From contig OZ024745.1 of the NCBI GenBank assembly GCA_964016885.1, positions 114,452,001-114,516,000 on the forward strand: DNA of 64,000 nt. The letters are read 5' to 3'. Made by a program: the position numbers and the translations under genes. The notes below the pieces were generated by a model. That model searched no databases. It was given only the letters and a program-made list of their open reading frames with translations, and was not told the DNA's origin. Numbering within the stretch: the stretch's first letter is position 1; each line of letters starts with the position of its first letter. Of this stretch, positions 43,945-56,667 are shown piece after piece. This stretch comes from Eledone cirrhosa. Taxonomy: Eukaryota.

Positions 43945-44172
43945 TATCTACTGTAGGCACAAGGCCAGAAATTTGAGGAGAGGGGGGAAAGTCGATTAAA
44001 TCGACCCCCCCCCCCCCCCCCCCCCCCCCAGTACATTACTGGTACTTTATTTTATCGACCCCGTAAGGATGAAAGGCAAATCTAACCTTGGCAAAATTTA
44101 AACTCAGAAAGCAAAAGGCCATAACTCTATGCTGCAAAGCATGGTGTCCGACGCTCGACCGATACTGCCAAA
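43945..44172 (-). mobile_element. SINE group A with poly-C expansion
   Basis: Group A body; another degraded copy at ~44540-44690. Confidence 0.8.
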
Positions 44173-45084
44173 TATAATACTGACCCAATTGCATACCAGA
44201 TATAGCCAACCTTAAACAATACTCCAACTACACACACAACCGAAATTAGTCTTAGAAACAAATAACAAAATAATAAAAGAAATACACAATATAAAGCAGA
44301 AAACTTATATATATTTGTATCCAACGTAAACGGCCAAAACAGTTGAAATAACTTTATAGAGTAGTTAGCAGTAACATCAACATCAAGAACAACAGTAACA
44401 CCACACCTTATGTCACGATAACAACTTCAAATAATATATATTGCAAAACCAAACAAACGACCTTATCAGTAGTTCTCAAATATCAGCCATAACTAACAAA
44501 ATCACACAAAAACGATTGCTACATAAAGCAACGAGTATATACCAGTACTAAACTCGTACGTGTTTTATTGACTTCGAATGGATGAAAGGCAAAGTTGACC
44601 TCGGCGAGATTTGAACTCACATAGCAAAGAGCCGAAACCAATACCACAAACCACTGAATCCGACGTTCTAATGACTCTGTAATTTTGCTGCCTGTTATAA
44701 ATACCATATCTCCGCCTGAGAATCATACATATGATGAGGAATGATATGGAGTGCGAGTACAATAGGATAGTTCCAATATGTTGCATACTCTTCATTGTCT
44801 AGGCTGTTTCTACACACGAATTGTTATTGCTGTCTTTAGCTCCTATTCTGTCTTAATCAAAAACATTCCAGTCGTGATCATCTCGTTATTTTTTTTTTTT
44901 TCGGGGATCGGTTGGTGGGAGTTGTTGGTATATCCAGACCAACATTATCTAATGTGTTTTTCACCTCATAAAAAGGGGATCGAATCCAGTAGAATTGCGA
45001 CCATTTAGACATTCTGTCTGTAACAATCCCATTTTTTTTTCAGACATAGTATATCAAGAACTACCTTATCTAATGCGACATGTC

Positions 45085-45244
45085 TTCGTAAGAAATCATC
45101 AGGACTTGGTGATTTCTTATGAATGAAACAGTTCTAGTCCCGTAGAAGTCATTTCTATAATAAAATAAAGATGCCTACTCTACTAACGTATTGATTACCT
45201 TTTTTTCACAGTTGTCACCTGCCGATATATAACGGGAATCCACC

Positions 45245-45245
<1 letters not shown>
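45085..45245 (+). mobile_element. Family E2 degraded fold-back copy
   Basis: ttcgtaagaaatcatcagg-a-cttggtgatttcttatgaatGAAAcagttctagtcccgTAgaagtc plus an E2-like tail into (TA)n. Confidence 0.65.
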
Positions 45246-45286
<41 letters not shown>

Positions 45287-45589
45287 GTATATATCGTAGG
45301 CTCCCTTCGGTCACGAATAACCATGGGTTTTGTACCTAGAAAGTTCTCCTCCGAGGCAGAAATCTGAACAGAATGTGTTTGTGGAAGACCCACCAGTTGC
45401 CCATTCATACCAGATTCCTTTCTCCACGCCACTGATGTTGTTTAAAGGAAAGGCAAAAGCCGATACAGGTGTCGATGACGTTGCAACTCATTTCTACAGT
45501 TGAGTAAGGAAGTGTACCTATAAACACAGCATGATTATATAGACATGATAGAATTGGGGTCCCGTGTATTAAAACATCATCAAGGTGTG

Positions 45590-45905
45590 CCTATTGCACT
45601 GTTAGCAATGACTCGTTCTCTCCAGTCTGTTGGGTCTGCTATTGTTCGTGGTAGGTCTTCTCGGGTGCACTCAGAATCCTCGTACAGTTGCTTTATGTAA
45701 GTTTGATGTGGTTTACCAACATTTGCGTACCCATGCTTCGGTTCCGAAAGAAGAACGTCGCTGAGGATCTCATCCTTAGCTCTCCAGCAATGTCCAGCAA
45801 ATCTTATTCTTCTTTCTCTGATGACATGTGATATTGATGGTAAATTACCATGGAGAAGTTCTTTCGTAGGGTGTTGTCTCCACGAGATATCCAGAGCAAC
45901 TTGCG
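45590..45905 (-). pseudogene. RTE-like LINE 3' ORF end
   Basis: ALDISWRQHPTKELLHGNLPSISHVIRERRIRFAGHCWRAKDEILSDVLLSEPKHG...GKPHQTYIKQL. Confidence 0.85.
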
Positions 45906-46889
45906 AAGTATTCTTATATAAGTTCCGTGATAAACACTGTTATGGGGTGCAGCTTTATAGAAGGTCAATTAAACATATGACATGTGTTCTGTAAAAACAA
46001 TAATAAATGCTAATCAAATGTTGCTTTTGTTTGTTTCTGTTATGCAATAGGTTTGACAGAAATAATATTCCGTTCATATATGTGACTTGCCCACTTTAAG
46101 TATTATTTAATGAAAAAAATGAATCATTGTTAATTTAAGGAGTAGTCTCAGAAATAATTAAGAAGGCATGCATTCTTTGGAATCCAATCTCTTTGTTTAA
46201 GTGGCACTCACTAAAAATAAACCACAAACCTTTGGGAGGAGAAATAAAACATAGACACGCTGAATAATGCACAATTGTCTTTTGATCATGTATATTGTAG
46301 TTGCAGCTTTATTATCAGAAGCAATGGCATCCCCTCCTCTTCCCCATCATCACTACCATCATCCTCATCGTCATCATGTCATTTGTCTATCACATAATGC
46401 AGATTTATTTTATTATATTTTAATGTTCATGTTCTTATGCACCAAATTTTATAGTACATGTTATATAAATTCATATTTATGGAGTTGTTTCTTTAACAAG
46501 GGAGGAACAGTCTAACGTATGAGAAGACTCGTTTGTTCAAGTTCAGAAAATATGTATGTGTATGCATAAATATGTATGTTTATATCCCACAAATGAACTC
46601 AAATAGAAATTGTAGATTCAACTAGTTCGACGTAGTGAAATATTACCCATCAATTTGTAAAATGCCTCTTAGAATTCGGGAAAACATTCACCCCTATTAG
46701 TGACGCTGATGTTGCTATAATTATGAACTCAAAGGGGTTATTCACAACGACTTCTTATGATTCAGTAACCATGAAAAGTGCGTATCTACAGTCGTCTAAA
46801 CCTATGACATGTGTACTGTAAAAACAACAATAAATGTTATTCAGATGCTGCTTTTGTTTGTCTTTATTATGTAATAGGTCCGACAGCAA

Positions 46890-47470
46890 GTCTCCGAATA
46901 AACCAACTTACACATCCCATACATACTAGAATACTTTCCCTAGCCTGGAGCTACCTACTAGTGATGACTTTGTCTCACACAATATAAATGACCATAGAAT
47001 TGATTAATTCAAGAAAACGCTAGTCTACTTATTGACACAATCGTAAATTTCACATACATTACACTAGACGGAGAAACACTAAACCTAACGAAAACTAATC
47101 AAAGAAAGAATAAAGAATTAAAAGATCTCCACATCCTCCTCTTTCCTAAATCATAGACCGGAAATCAGACCTACCATCAGATGGGGAAATATTCAACAAA
47201 GACGCTCCTATTACAACACCGTATCATCAAGAAGTGGATTCAGATCAAATGTGAAGTACATGAAACAGGCTACACGAAAATGTTAGACAGAAAATTCATC
47301 TTGTATAATCCTCTAAACAGTATGAATGTTTATAACAAAAAACAAGGTATCACCTTTAAAGTATACATGGCATGATCAATCTTGGACAGAGTCAACCCAT
47401 ACAATAATAGTTCAAAACATTACACAAATAATGAACACATATGGAATACAAACTTGTGCTTGAATTAGTC
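46890..47470 (+). pseudogene. Penelope-like element ORF remnant (RT thumb and GIY-YIG C-terminal pieces)
   Basis: SDLPSDGEIFNKDAP, RSGFRSNVKY, RKFILYNPLNSMNV and SILDRVNPYNNSSK resemble motifs I recognise from invertebrate PLE proteins (IFNKAAPYY, IIWYNPPYS, WSILDRAKPY). Confidence 0.65.
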
Positions 47471-47799
47471 ATCTGGAGGTGAATCATTCCCAAGTAAATA
47501 CTTCGAAGCATGTCTATAGTGGCATAACACCCCAGGGCGTTTGTTTAATTTGCACATGTTTTGAAGTAATTTAAATATTTTCTAGCTTGGGCAGATTTTG
47601 CAGTTTAAATTTAAATGAAAACTACCTTGCATATATAGGATGGTGAGGATGAGAAGTGACTATTGGATTTTAACTGCTGCTGGTCCTGTTTCTTTTTAAA
47701 CCCGAGAGTGTTTGCAAGTGGTTGGAGAATATCTTTTTTTTATTTTCGAATTCCTTGAATGTAATTTGACAATAGTGAAATTTAAAACTATAAAAACAT

Positions 47800-48165
47800 C
47801 CTTATATATGCACTCACATCTTTACATAGACGACAAACCAGCACCTCGTGCGCATTTACGTACATTCGTGTTTAAATCCTAGCACAAGGGCAGTTTTAAA
47901 ATTAAATAAATATATTAATAAACAGCGACCAGGAAAGACAACCTCCAATTTCTTCGAGGTTTATCCCTACGGATGCCCCTTGATAATAGATGGTAAATCC
48001 GAAATACTGGGACTATAAATTAATAACGTGACAATCAGTCATTCTTGTCTTTTTATTTTATTCCTCCCATTCTTAGTGCTTTACCTCCCCTTTCTCAATT
48101 CCCCCTCGACCTTGTTGCCTTGGTATTTCAAACCCACTTGCATTGTCACGGCTTCCTAAACATAT
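47800..48165 (+). mobile_element. Probable PLE 3' end with degenerate U3-A8 HHR
   Basis: gcccc-TTGATAA-tagatggtaaatcc-GAAA-tact-ggg at 47975-48011 (stem III and triplet damaged); ends at a TA-rich tandem repeat. Confidence 0.4.
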
Positions 48166-48234
48166 ACACTTTTCATATATATATACACACTTTTCATATA
48201 TATACACTTTTCATATATATATATATACACTTTT

Positions 48235-48447
48235 CATATCCTGGGTTGGGTTGCGTGTTGTGTTCTTGAGCAAAACACTTTCCCGTTGCTCCAGTATACT
48301 CAACTGAAAAATGAGTACCAGCAATAACTGGTGGTTTAACCCTGTAATGGACTGGCGTCCTGTCCAGGGGGAGGTCTCGTACTCTCAGTCGCTTCACGCC
48401 ATGAACCCGGGATAAGCACCGGCCTATCGAACCTTCTGGCTTAATAC

Positions 48448-48450
<3 letters not shown>
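48235..48450 (+). mobile_element. SINE group B, 5'-truncated
   Basis: gttgtgttcttgagcaaaacactt...aaatgagtaccagc...gactggcgtcctgtccagggg. Confidence 0.75.
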
Positions 48451-48509
<59 letters not shown>

Positions 48510-49521
48510 GTATGTATATGTGTGTGAGTGTGCGCGCGCATGCGTAAAGGATACGAATGTCAGCCCCTCGGTTGGAAGTCCATCACTGCTTCAATTTAGC
48601 CAGATGTCACTCGCGGCATCATGTTGCAATACTTATTTCAATGGATCCAATAATACAACAAAACAGAGAATAAAAGCAAAAAGTAGTTGTTAAAAATTCA
48701 AGTGTGAAATTATGAAAAGTTCAACAACCTAAAATAAAATTATGGAATTAGGGAGATGGAACTAAAAGTAATAAAGGAAATTTGAATGCGATTTATTACC
48801 CATTGAAATTGCCAAAATACAAATAGAATTTTCTTTTGTTCACTTTCCTTTTCTTCTTGAATATATGACCATAGGGTGTTATGGGATGAATTCCATATAA
48901 ACTTTTCAGTATCAATGCTACTATAAAACAACTATTTAGTTTTTTCAAAAACATTTTAAAATACCTTTGTTATTCGATATTGTGAAAACAATTCATTAGC
49001 ACTATAATCAGTACAAGTATTCGAAAAGGACATGAAATATGCGGAATTCCATTAAAAACAATAGTGAAACGAAATAAACCTAAAATTTATTATTTAGCTA
49101 CTAATATTGTTGGCTTATTGTCTTAAAGGTATTAAAAAAAATGTCATAATTGACAATGTAAGCTCCTGGCGAACTGAACCAGTTGTCTGAGTTCCAGTTT
49201 AGTCGTTGGTATCTGACTTCACTTACGCCGTTAATGAAATACTACTCCTGTTTCTCCCGCCTATCAAGTAGATATTCTCTATCTCTTCCACCGCTTTTCA
49301 CTTCTTGGCTAATCAATATGTTGGCCCTCGCTGATATCTCTTCTTTTTAGTTGCAACACCTAAGTTTGGAGCATATTTTATATTATTTAGTCCATGTGTT
49401 ACTGTCCCATGTGTACTAAAGCAAGTTGAATTGATCTTAGAGCAGCGAAACAACTTATCTCTAGCGCTCGACTGATGAGTTGGCACTGGTTGTGTTTCGT
49501 TTGTTATTTTGTCGTCTTCGC

Positions 49522-49571
<50 letters not shown>

Positions 49572-49967
49572 TTATGTCTGGTAACTTCGACAAAAAACAG
49601 GGAACAATGAAATAAGTATCAGACTTGAAAAATGTAAATACTGGCGTCGATTTAATCAATGTGATGCCCCAGCATGGCCGCAGCCTGCTGACTAGAATAG
49701 ATAGAATAATAATAGAATATGAAACATACGTTAGTTACAGAGAAAGGAAAAGCAATTTATTATGATAATAAGTTCATCTTCGAGTGATCATTCAAACATT
49801 TTCAGTTAGTAAATAATTCTAGGGGGCGAGGTAAGAGCCATTCACCCACAGACAAAATTTCGCCAGGTGTCAAATGGTTTAAGTTGCTTTCCTCACATCA
49901 TCGCTAAATTTCTGGGAGCTTTAATGTTTGTCTTGTGGCATTAATTAGGAGTCGAAATATCATATAA

Positions 49968-50160
49968 TGGTTTCTGATTTAGGCCCAAGGCCAACAATTT
50001 TGCGGGAGGGGCAAGTCCATTAAATCGACCCCAGTGCATTACTGGTACTTTATTTTATCGACCTCGTAAGGATGAAAGGCAAAGCTAGGCTCGGCGGGAT
50101 TTAAACTCAGAACGAAGCAAAGTGTCCGACACTCAACCGATACTGCTAACCCACCGCCCT
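49968..50160 (-). mobile_element. SINE group A with ~19-bp TSD
   Basis: Flanked by agtcgaaatatcatataatg and agtcgaaatatataatg. Confidence 0.85.
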
Positions 50161-51329
50161 TAGTCGAAATATATAATGAAATTATTGTGTACAATGCTCA
50201 GGTACGAATTGGTGGCGTAACAGTCAGTGTTATCGGTTGTAGCATTAGAAACTAAGTACAATAGTGTTCAATGCTGGCAACATTTACCGACTATTTGCCT
50301 CTTTTCATTAAATATTTTAAATTAGCGTTATTAAGATAATAAAAGTGACACTTTCTGTAACGATATATTCTAGTAAAAGGAAAAGGAGTTGACAATGAAA
50401 GCTCTTTGTTCGATGAAGAATAGACAGGTAATTATTTAATTTGCGATAGCATTAAGCATAATAGGGGTGTATATGAAAGTATCTGCTATATGTTTATATA
50501 CAATAAACTATTAGAGCCTCGCTATCAAAGAAAAAATATTTTTTCGTAATGAAAAGAAAATGTTTTTCTTTTTTGTTCTGTGAACATATTACTGATATTT
50601 CAGTAACCGGTGAGAATGCCAGACAGCTGTTTCAAGGTTCGTTAATCTCTCATTAGTGAAATTCACTCAGCTAGTACTGAGATGAAAATAGACTCGACCC
50701 TGTATAGCTTTTGCGTGATGAATATTTGCTGCTGATGCTCATTTGTATATAGCAATTAGAAAACATCAGCTGGATAATTATATGTACATAGAATATTCGA
50801 TTTCGTTTACGAAAATATAAAATCTTGAAGGCTGCGAATTGAGTAGCCATAAGGAATATGAAGAACTGAAACGAGACTCGACGTTTAAAAAAGATAACAT
50901 TTTTAAATGAATCGGATTTCAGTTACCAGCTTTCTCTTGTGTTTTATAGTTCTCTTTGACATGACAGAGAAGATTAAGGCCGAATGTTCGTGCGAAATCC
51001 TATATGCTATTGCGTTAGTTTTTACAGCCGAATCTATAAAAGAATTTCCTGACAGAAATCGAGAGGCTTCAAAGAAATCTAAGCGAAAATTGAAATTTTA
51101 ATATGGCCGTGCTCAATTTGCAAAAAGTAGTAGGCTAAAATTCTATACAGTATATGTGTGTAAACTATGAACAGACTAGAGGTGCCGTAGGATCAGAAGC
51201 AGTCGAACAGAGAAAGTACGCTTTATTTGTGGCAAATACACAGGTTGGCACTAAGAATTCGTGTGAAATTAGTTCGTTTCAAATGTTCAGGAGACTTACT
51301 AGAAGTGCATAGCTTTTGTTACTTATGTG

Positions 51330-51790
51330 GCCTAGTTAGCAGTGGAGGTGGGTGCACCAAAATATATTAAACAAAGCATGAACGGAGTGGAAAAGTTCAG
51401 GAAGCTATTACTTCTACTAGTTACAAGGGGCCTCTTTCAGAGTAAATGGCAGATTGTATGATGCTTGTGTACGAAGGGCGATGCTACATGGTAACAATGT
51501 ATCCATTTCAATGGATAAAAAGGAATGAAGCGAACATACTCTGTTGGATGTGTAATGTTTGAACATAATATGAGTGTGTTTGAGCTGAGAGAAAAACAGA
51601 AAATAAAAGGGTATGTGATGATTCGTATGGAAGGATGTCAGTTGCCTAATGAAGTGCTGAGCGCTTAAAGTGAATCTAAAAACTCTAAATTTTATGAAGA
51701 CGAGAAAAAACCGTGACAAGTAACGACATACGAAGCTGGAAAAGACCTGATCACTTGTGCAAGCTTGCCAAAACGGTTCTTAAAATGTTG
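51330..51790 (+). pseudogene. RTE-like LINE post-RT remnant
   Basis: WKKFRKLLLLLVTRGL...GRLYDACVRRAMLHG...CWMCNV...ELREK. Confidence 0.7.
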
Positions 51791-52020
51791 ATTGAAGTTT
51801 GGATGTATAATGTAATCTATATTGGATACTTCGTCCATTGTTTCCTGTTAATTTTCCGTTCACTACCTTCTTTACCCTCCTATCCATCAAAAACACACAC
51901 ACACACACACACACTTCCTCTCCTCTCTTGCTGATATTACAATAAAATATTCCTAGTCTACTCTGAGACTGGAATGGCGAACAAATAAAACCAACATAGG
52001 ATAGAGGAAACTCTCTAGAT

Positions 52021-52265
52021 CAGGCGTGGGCAACCTTTTTCGAGAAGCGGGCTCATCATCAGGTGGGTCGCAAGCGCTAATTTACATTCGTGCCCACATT
52101 TTAAAAAAAGGTGGTAAATCAGGTTGTTTTGATTTATTTCTTCAGAATTCGTATATGCTGTTTGCCTCGATCGTAAAAATGATAGAAATATAAATTACGA
52201 CTGAAAAGTTAGGGTAAAAAAATCAGAAAGATTTCACTTAGGTGACTTAGGCAAGCCCACGACTG
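52021..52265. mobile_element. hAT-Charlie-like MITE
   Basis: ctctagat|caggcgtgggc ... gcccacgactg|ctctagag; NTCTAGAN-type 8-bp TSD (7/8 match). Confidence 0.8.
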
Positions 52266-52814
52266 CTCTAGAGTAATCACGACACGATAAAATGCACCCA
52301 GTACACTCCTGAAAAATGGTTGATGTTAAAGAAACCACCCAACTATACAGATCATGCCAAATATTGAATGTGTGCCAATACACATGATTATTACTCCCCC
52401 AATACCTTGAAGACTGAGCGTAGTTAAAAATACTATGGAGAGAAATATAGATTTACATAAAACTATGTATGGCTACGGCACCTATGAATGGTTCTCTGTT
52501 GAATCTGACGTTGCTAAAAACGTGAAAGTAACTTACCAGAACTGACATATATGTCATGGTTACTACTTTGTGTATCTAGGAAGTGGTGAAATGTGCATGT
52601 ACCAGCTGCGGAGAATGTCAAGCGTAAAAAAGTAAGCATTAGATGTATGTTTTTTCGACAACATATATTTATACATACATATATTTATATATATATATTT
52701 ACACAAACATGTATAGTTATACAGACATTCTTATGTATATATGAGAGATGAGAAATATCTTCCTCTCTTCTCCCACACACAATGTTGACAAGACATATCC
52801 ACCCAGATAACGAG

Positions 52815-52850
<36 letters not shown>

Positions 52851-52853
<3 letters not shown>

Positions 52854-53387
52854 AGTTAAGAACTCAGAGTAGTCTCTTACAATTAAATAGCTCTAAGAAA
52901 GAAGCTTTACCGAGCCGTACAATATAATTGAATAAACAAGAGAGATGAACAGTAATATAAACATACATGTGTTCGAATCGTAAGGACTAAAATTTGCTAG
53001 GGTGGAAAAATAATAACTACAGCAATATAGTTTTTTATCTTTAACTTTAAATATTAAATTAAGAAAAATTAAGAAAAATAACAGACCTATATCGGGCAAA
53101 AATGCCTGGTAACAACTAGACAGTGTTGGAGACTGTTTCGCAACGACTTATTAAGTGAAGTCTTCACGTTTCTCTGCTCCTCAGTAGTTGTTAAAAATAT
53201 TAGAAAATGAATTGTGTACGATATGAATTATCGCACGTGTCATTTGGAACCCAGCTTATCTCGAAATTCCCTGCCGCTAAAAATAGCAGCCTGGCTATAT
53301 TGCTGTAGTTTTCACCCTAGCAAATTTTAGTCCTTACGATTCGAACACATGTATGTTTATATTAGTGTTCATCTCTCTTGTTTATTC

Positions 53388-53392
<5 letters not shown>
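52851..53392 (-). mobile_element. PLE-type element in (TA)n with ~100-bp inverted 5' arm
   Basis: 52921-53030 is the reverse complement of 53294-53393; an HHR lies between the arms; both ends abut (TA)n. Confidence 0.8.
53110..53193 (-). ncRNA. Type I hammerhead ribozyme motif (GUC) with long stem II
   Basis: Minus strand taacaacta-CTGAGGA-gca...gactt-cacttaat-aagtc-gt-tgc-GAAA-cagt-ctccaac-actg-TC-tagttgtta; perfect 9-bp stem I and 5-bp stem III. Confidence 0.85.
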
Positions 53393-53456
<64 letters not shown>

Positions 53457-53458
<2 letters not shown>

Positions 53459-53965
53459 GGGTAGGTGGAAGGAAACTCCCTATTTCAAATTTATTAATTA
53501 TTGGTCGATTTTCATAAAACATTTTATTTTTAACGGTGTAAAGGTAGAAGTACAGTGCATTGTTAAAATTCTACATAGGTACCAGTGTTGTCCACTAGTG
53601 TTTATAATCGTTCAGGTATATCCTCAATTGACTTCATCAGGAACTCAGGCAGTATGTTGGTCAATACAAGACAAATGCCTTCCTCCAATTGAGTCTGAGT
53701 TTTGGGTTTTAGCTATAAACTTCTTCATACACCCACACACCACAAGAAAAACATCGCATGGCGTTAAGTCAGGGCTTCTTGTGGACCTTGACGACCCAGT
53801 CAACATCCTGAAAATTGGACATCAGGCCACTCACGGACAGTGCGTGAAAAATGAGGAGGGGCCCCAATTTACATGAATATGAAGCCATTGATGTTGTCCC
53901 AAGTGGTCACAGTAGACCAAGAATTATAAGTAATTTTCAATAGGGAATTTCTTTCCACCACCTTG
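53457..53965 (-). mobile_element. Internally deleted Tc1-like transposon
   Basis: TIRs cagggtaggtggaaggaaactccctatt / aatagggaatttctttccaccaccttg; minus strand PPHFSRTVREW...GRQGP..RSPDLTPCDVF (WPPRSPDLTPCDFFLWG-type motif). Confidence 0.8.
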
Positions 53966-54414
53966 TGTGTGTGTATATATATCGTTAAGGGTTATTGCCC
54001 GACAGTGAGTGGGCACCAATATCTATCTTTCTATCTACGGACCAGAAGCCTACGTACGTTTTATCAGAGCACCAGCATTAGGGAGGTTGTTATGTCTTGA
54101 ATATAATTGAAAGGTCCTTCCAACCCTTTGAGTGAGTGAATAAGTGTGTGTGTGTGTGTGTGTCTGAGTCTTTGTTTACAATAACAACAGCAGCATAAAT
54201 AGCAGCCTCTTATCTATTGCCCTTATCAATATATTCATTAGCTTTTTCTTTTCTATCTTCCACTGTCTCCTTTCCGTTGCAATTCACGTTTCGCTAAGTT
54301 TCTTATATACACACAGATGTATATTAGATGTATATATTATTAAGCAGTACACTCATTTTCAGTAATAATTCTTATCTAGTGTTAAATGTCTTATATACAC
54401 ACAGATGTATATAT

Positions 54415-54528
54415 TAAATCCCGCCGAGGTTGACTTTGCCTTTCATCCTTACGGGGTCGATAAAATAAAGTACCAGTAATGCACTGGATGATTGCTGGCC
54501 TTGTGCCTAAAGTAGAAACAATTATTAT
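54415..54528 (+). mobile_element. 5'-truncated SINE group A inside a local duplication
   Basis: Flanking 54300-54382 is reproduced split around the SINE (54388-54415 and 54522-54567). Confidence 0.8.
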
Positions 54529-55214
54529 GCAGTACTCTCATTTTCAGTAATAATTCTTATCTAGTGCTCAGACTAAATTAATATGTATTCCTTCTTATAG
54601 CAAGCCATCAATACTTTACGTTTCATCTCTCTCTCACTGTTTCTCTCTATCTATCTATCTCTTACTAAATTAACTACTTTCAATACCACCATGTCTTATT
54701 ATACTTTAATAGTTGCTGATATGTAGCCCAGGTCTGCTCAAATTAAGTACACTTATTGAACTCTGATGGCTATATTTAGTTAACATCTGTATTTTAAAAT
54801 GTAATAATCAATTTATTGTAAAAGTGTTAAAAATATACTATACAATATTCAGTGCACTGGGATTCAATAACGACCGAATTTCTTTTATTTCATGAATAGT
54901 TAAGAAGTAGCGATTGATTGAACTAGTAACCTAATTTTGTGAAGTTTATATATAGTTCTGATTATTCCCTGCCTTATTCCTGAAAATGTTAATAATCGCC
55001 ATTTTATACAGCAATCTTCATTGTTGACAAACTATTTTATAACTACACGATTTTTTATTTTCCTGTACATAAGCCATTCTAATTTCATTTCTTTTTAATC
55101 GACGACAATTAATTTATAACCCAAAAATATATAGTTGTAATTTTGATTTATATATTTGATAGTTTATTTGCCTATCACATTCCTGAAAAATGCAATAAAT
55201 GTTTTATACGTTTG

Positions 55215-55520
55215 CCTCCTCAACTAGGCATTGTTTTAGAATCCGTAACTCCTGATGGAGACATATTGGCGAACGGCGTTTCTTGGGCATTTTAAGCCTG
55301 GCGGAGCCATCCCTGAGTACAGCACATTTCTTCCAGAGAAGGATAGAAAGTGAAAGAGGGGAAGTGAGAAAGAGATAAAGAAGAATCGACACCACTACTA
55401 TACTGGTACATTTTTATTGACTTCGAAATGATGAAAGGCAAAGTTGACCTCGATGGGATTCGAAACGAATACCACAAAGTATTCTATCCGACACTCTAAC
55501 GACTCTGTCAATTCACCACC
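55215..55520 (-). mobile_element. Composite SINE (group A head plus extended tail)
   Basis: Head 55390-55520; tail matches 20040-20225 and 23340-23500. Confidence 0.65.
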
Positions 55521-55616
55521 TATAAACATTACCTTCTGTCAAATAGACCATAAGATACAGCCTTATACGAAAGGGTATAGCTTACAATACAGACCTAACA
55601 AGCGAGTATTTTGAAA

Positions 55617-55704
55617 CAATATTCATTATAAATCAGCCATACGACGTTTATTCTAAATGTCAATATTCATTATAAATCAACCATACGACGTTTATTCTAA
55701 ATGT
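55617..55704. repeat. Two-copy ~44-bp tandem repeat
   Basis: caatattcattataaatca(g/a)ccatacgacgtttattctaaatgt twice. Confidence 0.9.
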
Positions 55705-56293
55705 AACCATTCTTTACAACATTAAAACTTGTTATAACTCCTATCTATCAGAGAATTTATATTATTATGGTAACTGGAGCTTTGAAAGTCCCCATGTTTT
55801 CATGCCTAGATAAACAAGGATAATAATAGATAAAACAATTTGTAAATGGAATTCCATTTCTGAATATTAGATGACATATATGTTATAGTTTTATTTTATT
55901 GTCAAACCAAACCACAGAAATAAGCAATAAGAATGTTATTGTCCTAATAGCATTTTTTTTTAATACTCTTTCATTTAGACATGCCATTCTAACGGTACAT
56001 AGAACTTAAATATTTATAGAATTATGGAAGATATTTATTTTTTTATTTTACTCAATGTTTTTTTTTTCATTGTGTCCATTCTTGTTGGCATTTTTGTTAT
56101 TAAAGTATTGAGAATAGGAAAATACCATTGCTGTTAAGTAACACAAAAGCATTTTTGTTACAATAAATAGCAGATATTTTAAATTAGACTTAATACTAAT
56201 AGTAATAAAATTATAGTAGGACCCGTGCTTGATATGAGAATAGATAGCGACGTTATTTGTATGTGTTTAAAATATGCTTATATTTATAGTAGG

Positions 56294-56449
56294 GTTGTTA
56301 AGTTATGAGGCCTCTTACTTGGGCCCTGACGTATGTAGGCCCGGTAGGCCTACACAGGCAGGCACACATGCTCAGGGAGATGACCTCCTTCCCGGCCAAC
56401 AGGGACCTGTGCTTAAGCATACCTAAGCACAATGGTAAATCCGGCACTG
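56294..56449. mobile_element. Truncated hAT MITE (same family as 32996-33183)
   Basis: Ends cctaagcacaatggtaaatccggcactg; reverse complement of the 32996 copy. Confidence 0.75.
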
Positions 56450-56667
56450 GATTGAGTGTTAACTCAGATAGAATTTGCCATCAATTAGGTTCAATCTTTA
56501 TTTAAAAGAAATACTATTGATCTAGACCTTCAAATCTTACTTCAAATATGATTGGCATTGTTTAGCGTCAAGAGTCGGTGACTGATAAAAAAAAAAGGCT
56601 TAAGTCAAATGAGGTGACACAAGATAGGAGTGTGGATAGGTCAAAACTAAACTATTTTGAAAACTTA

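Noticed and set aside
53349-53876. 175-aa plus-strand ORF
   Set aside because: Antisense to a Tc1-like transposase remnant and begins in microsatellite.
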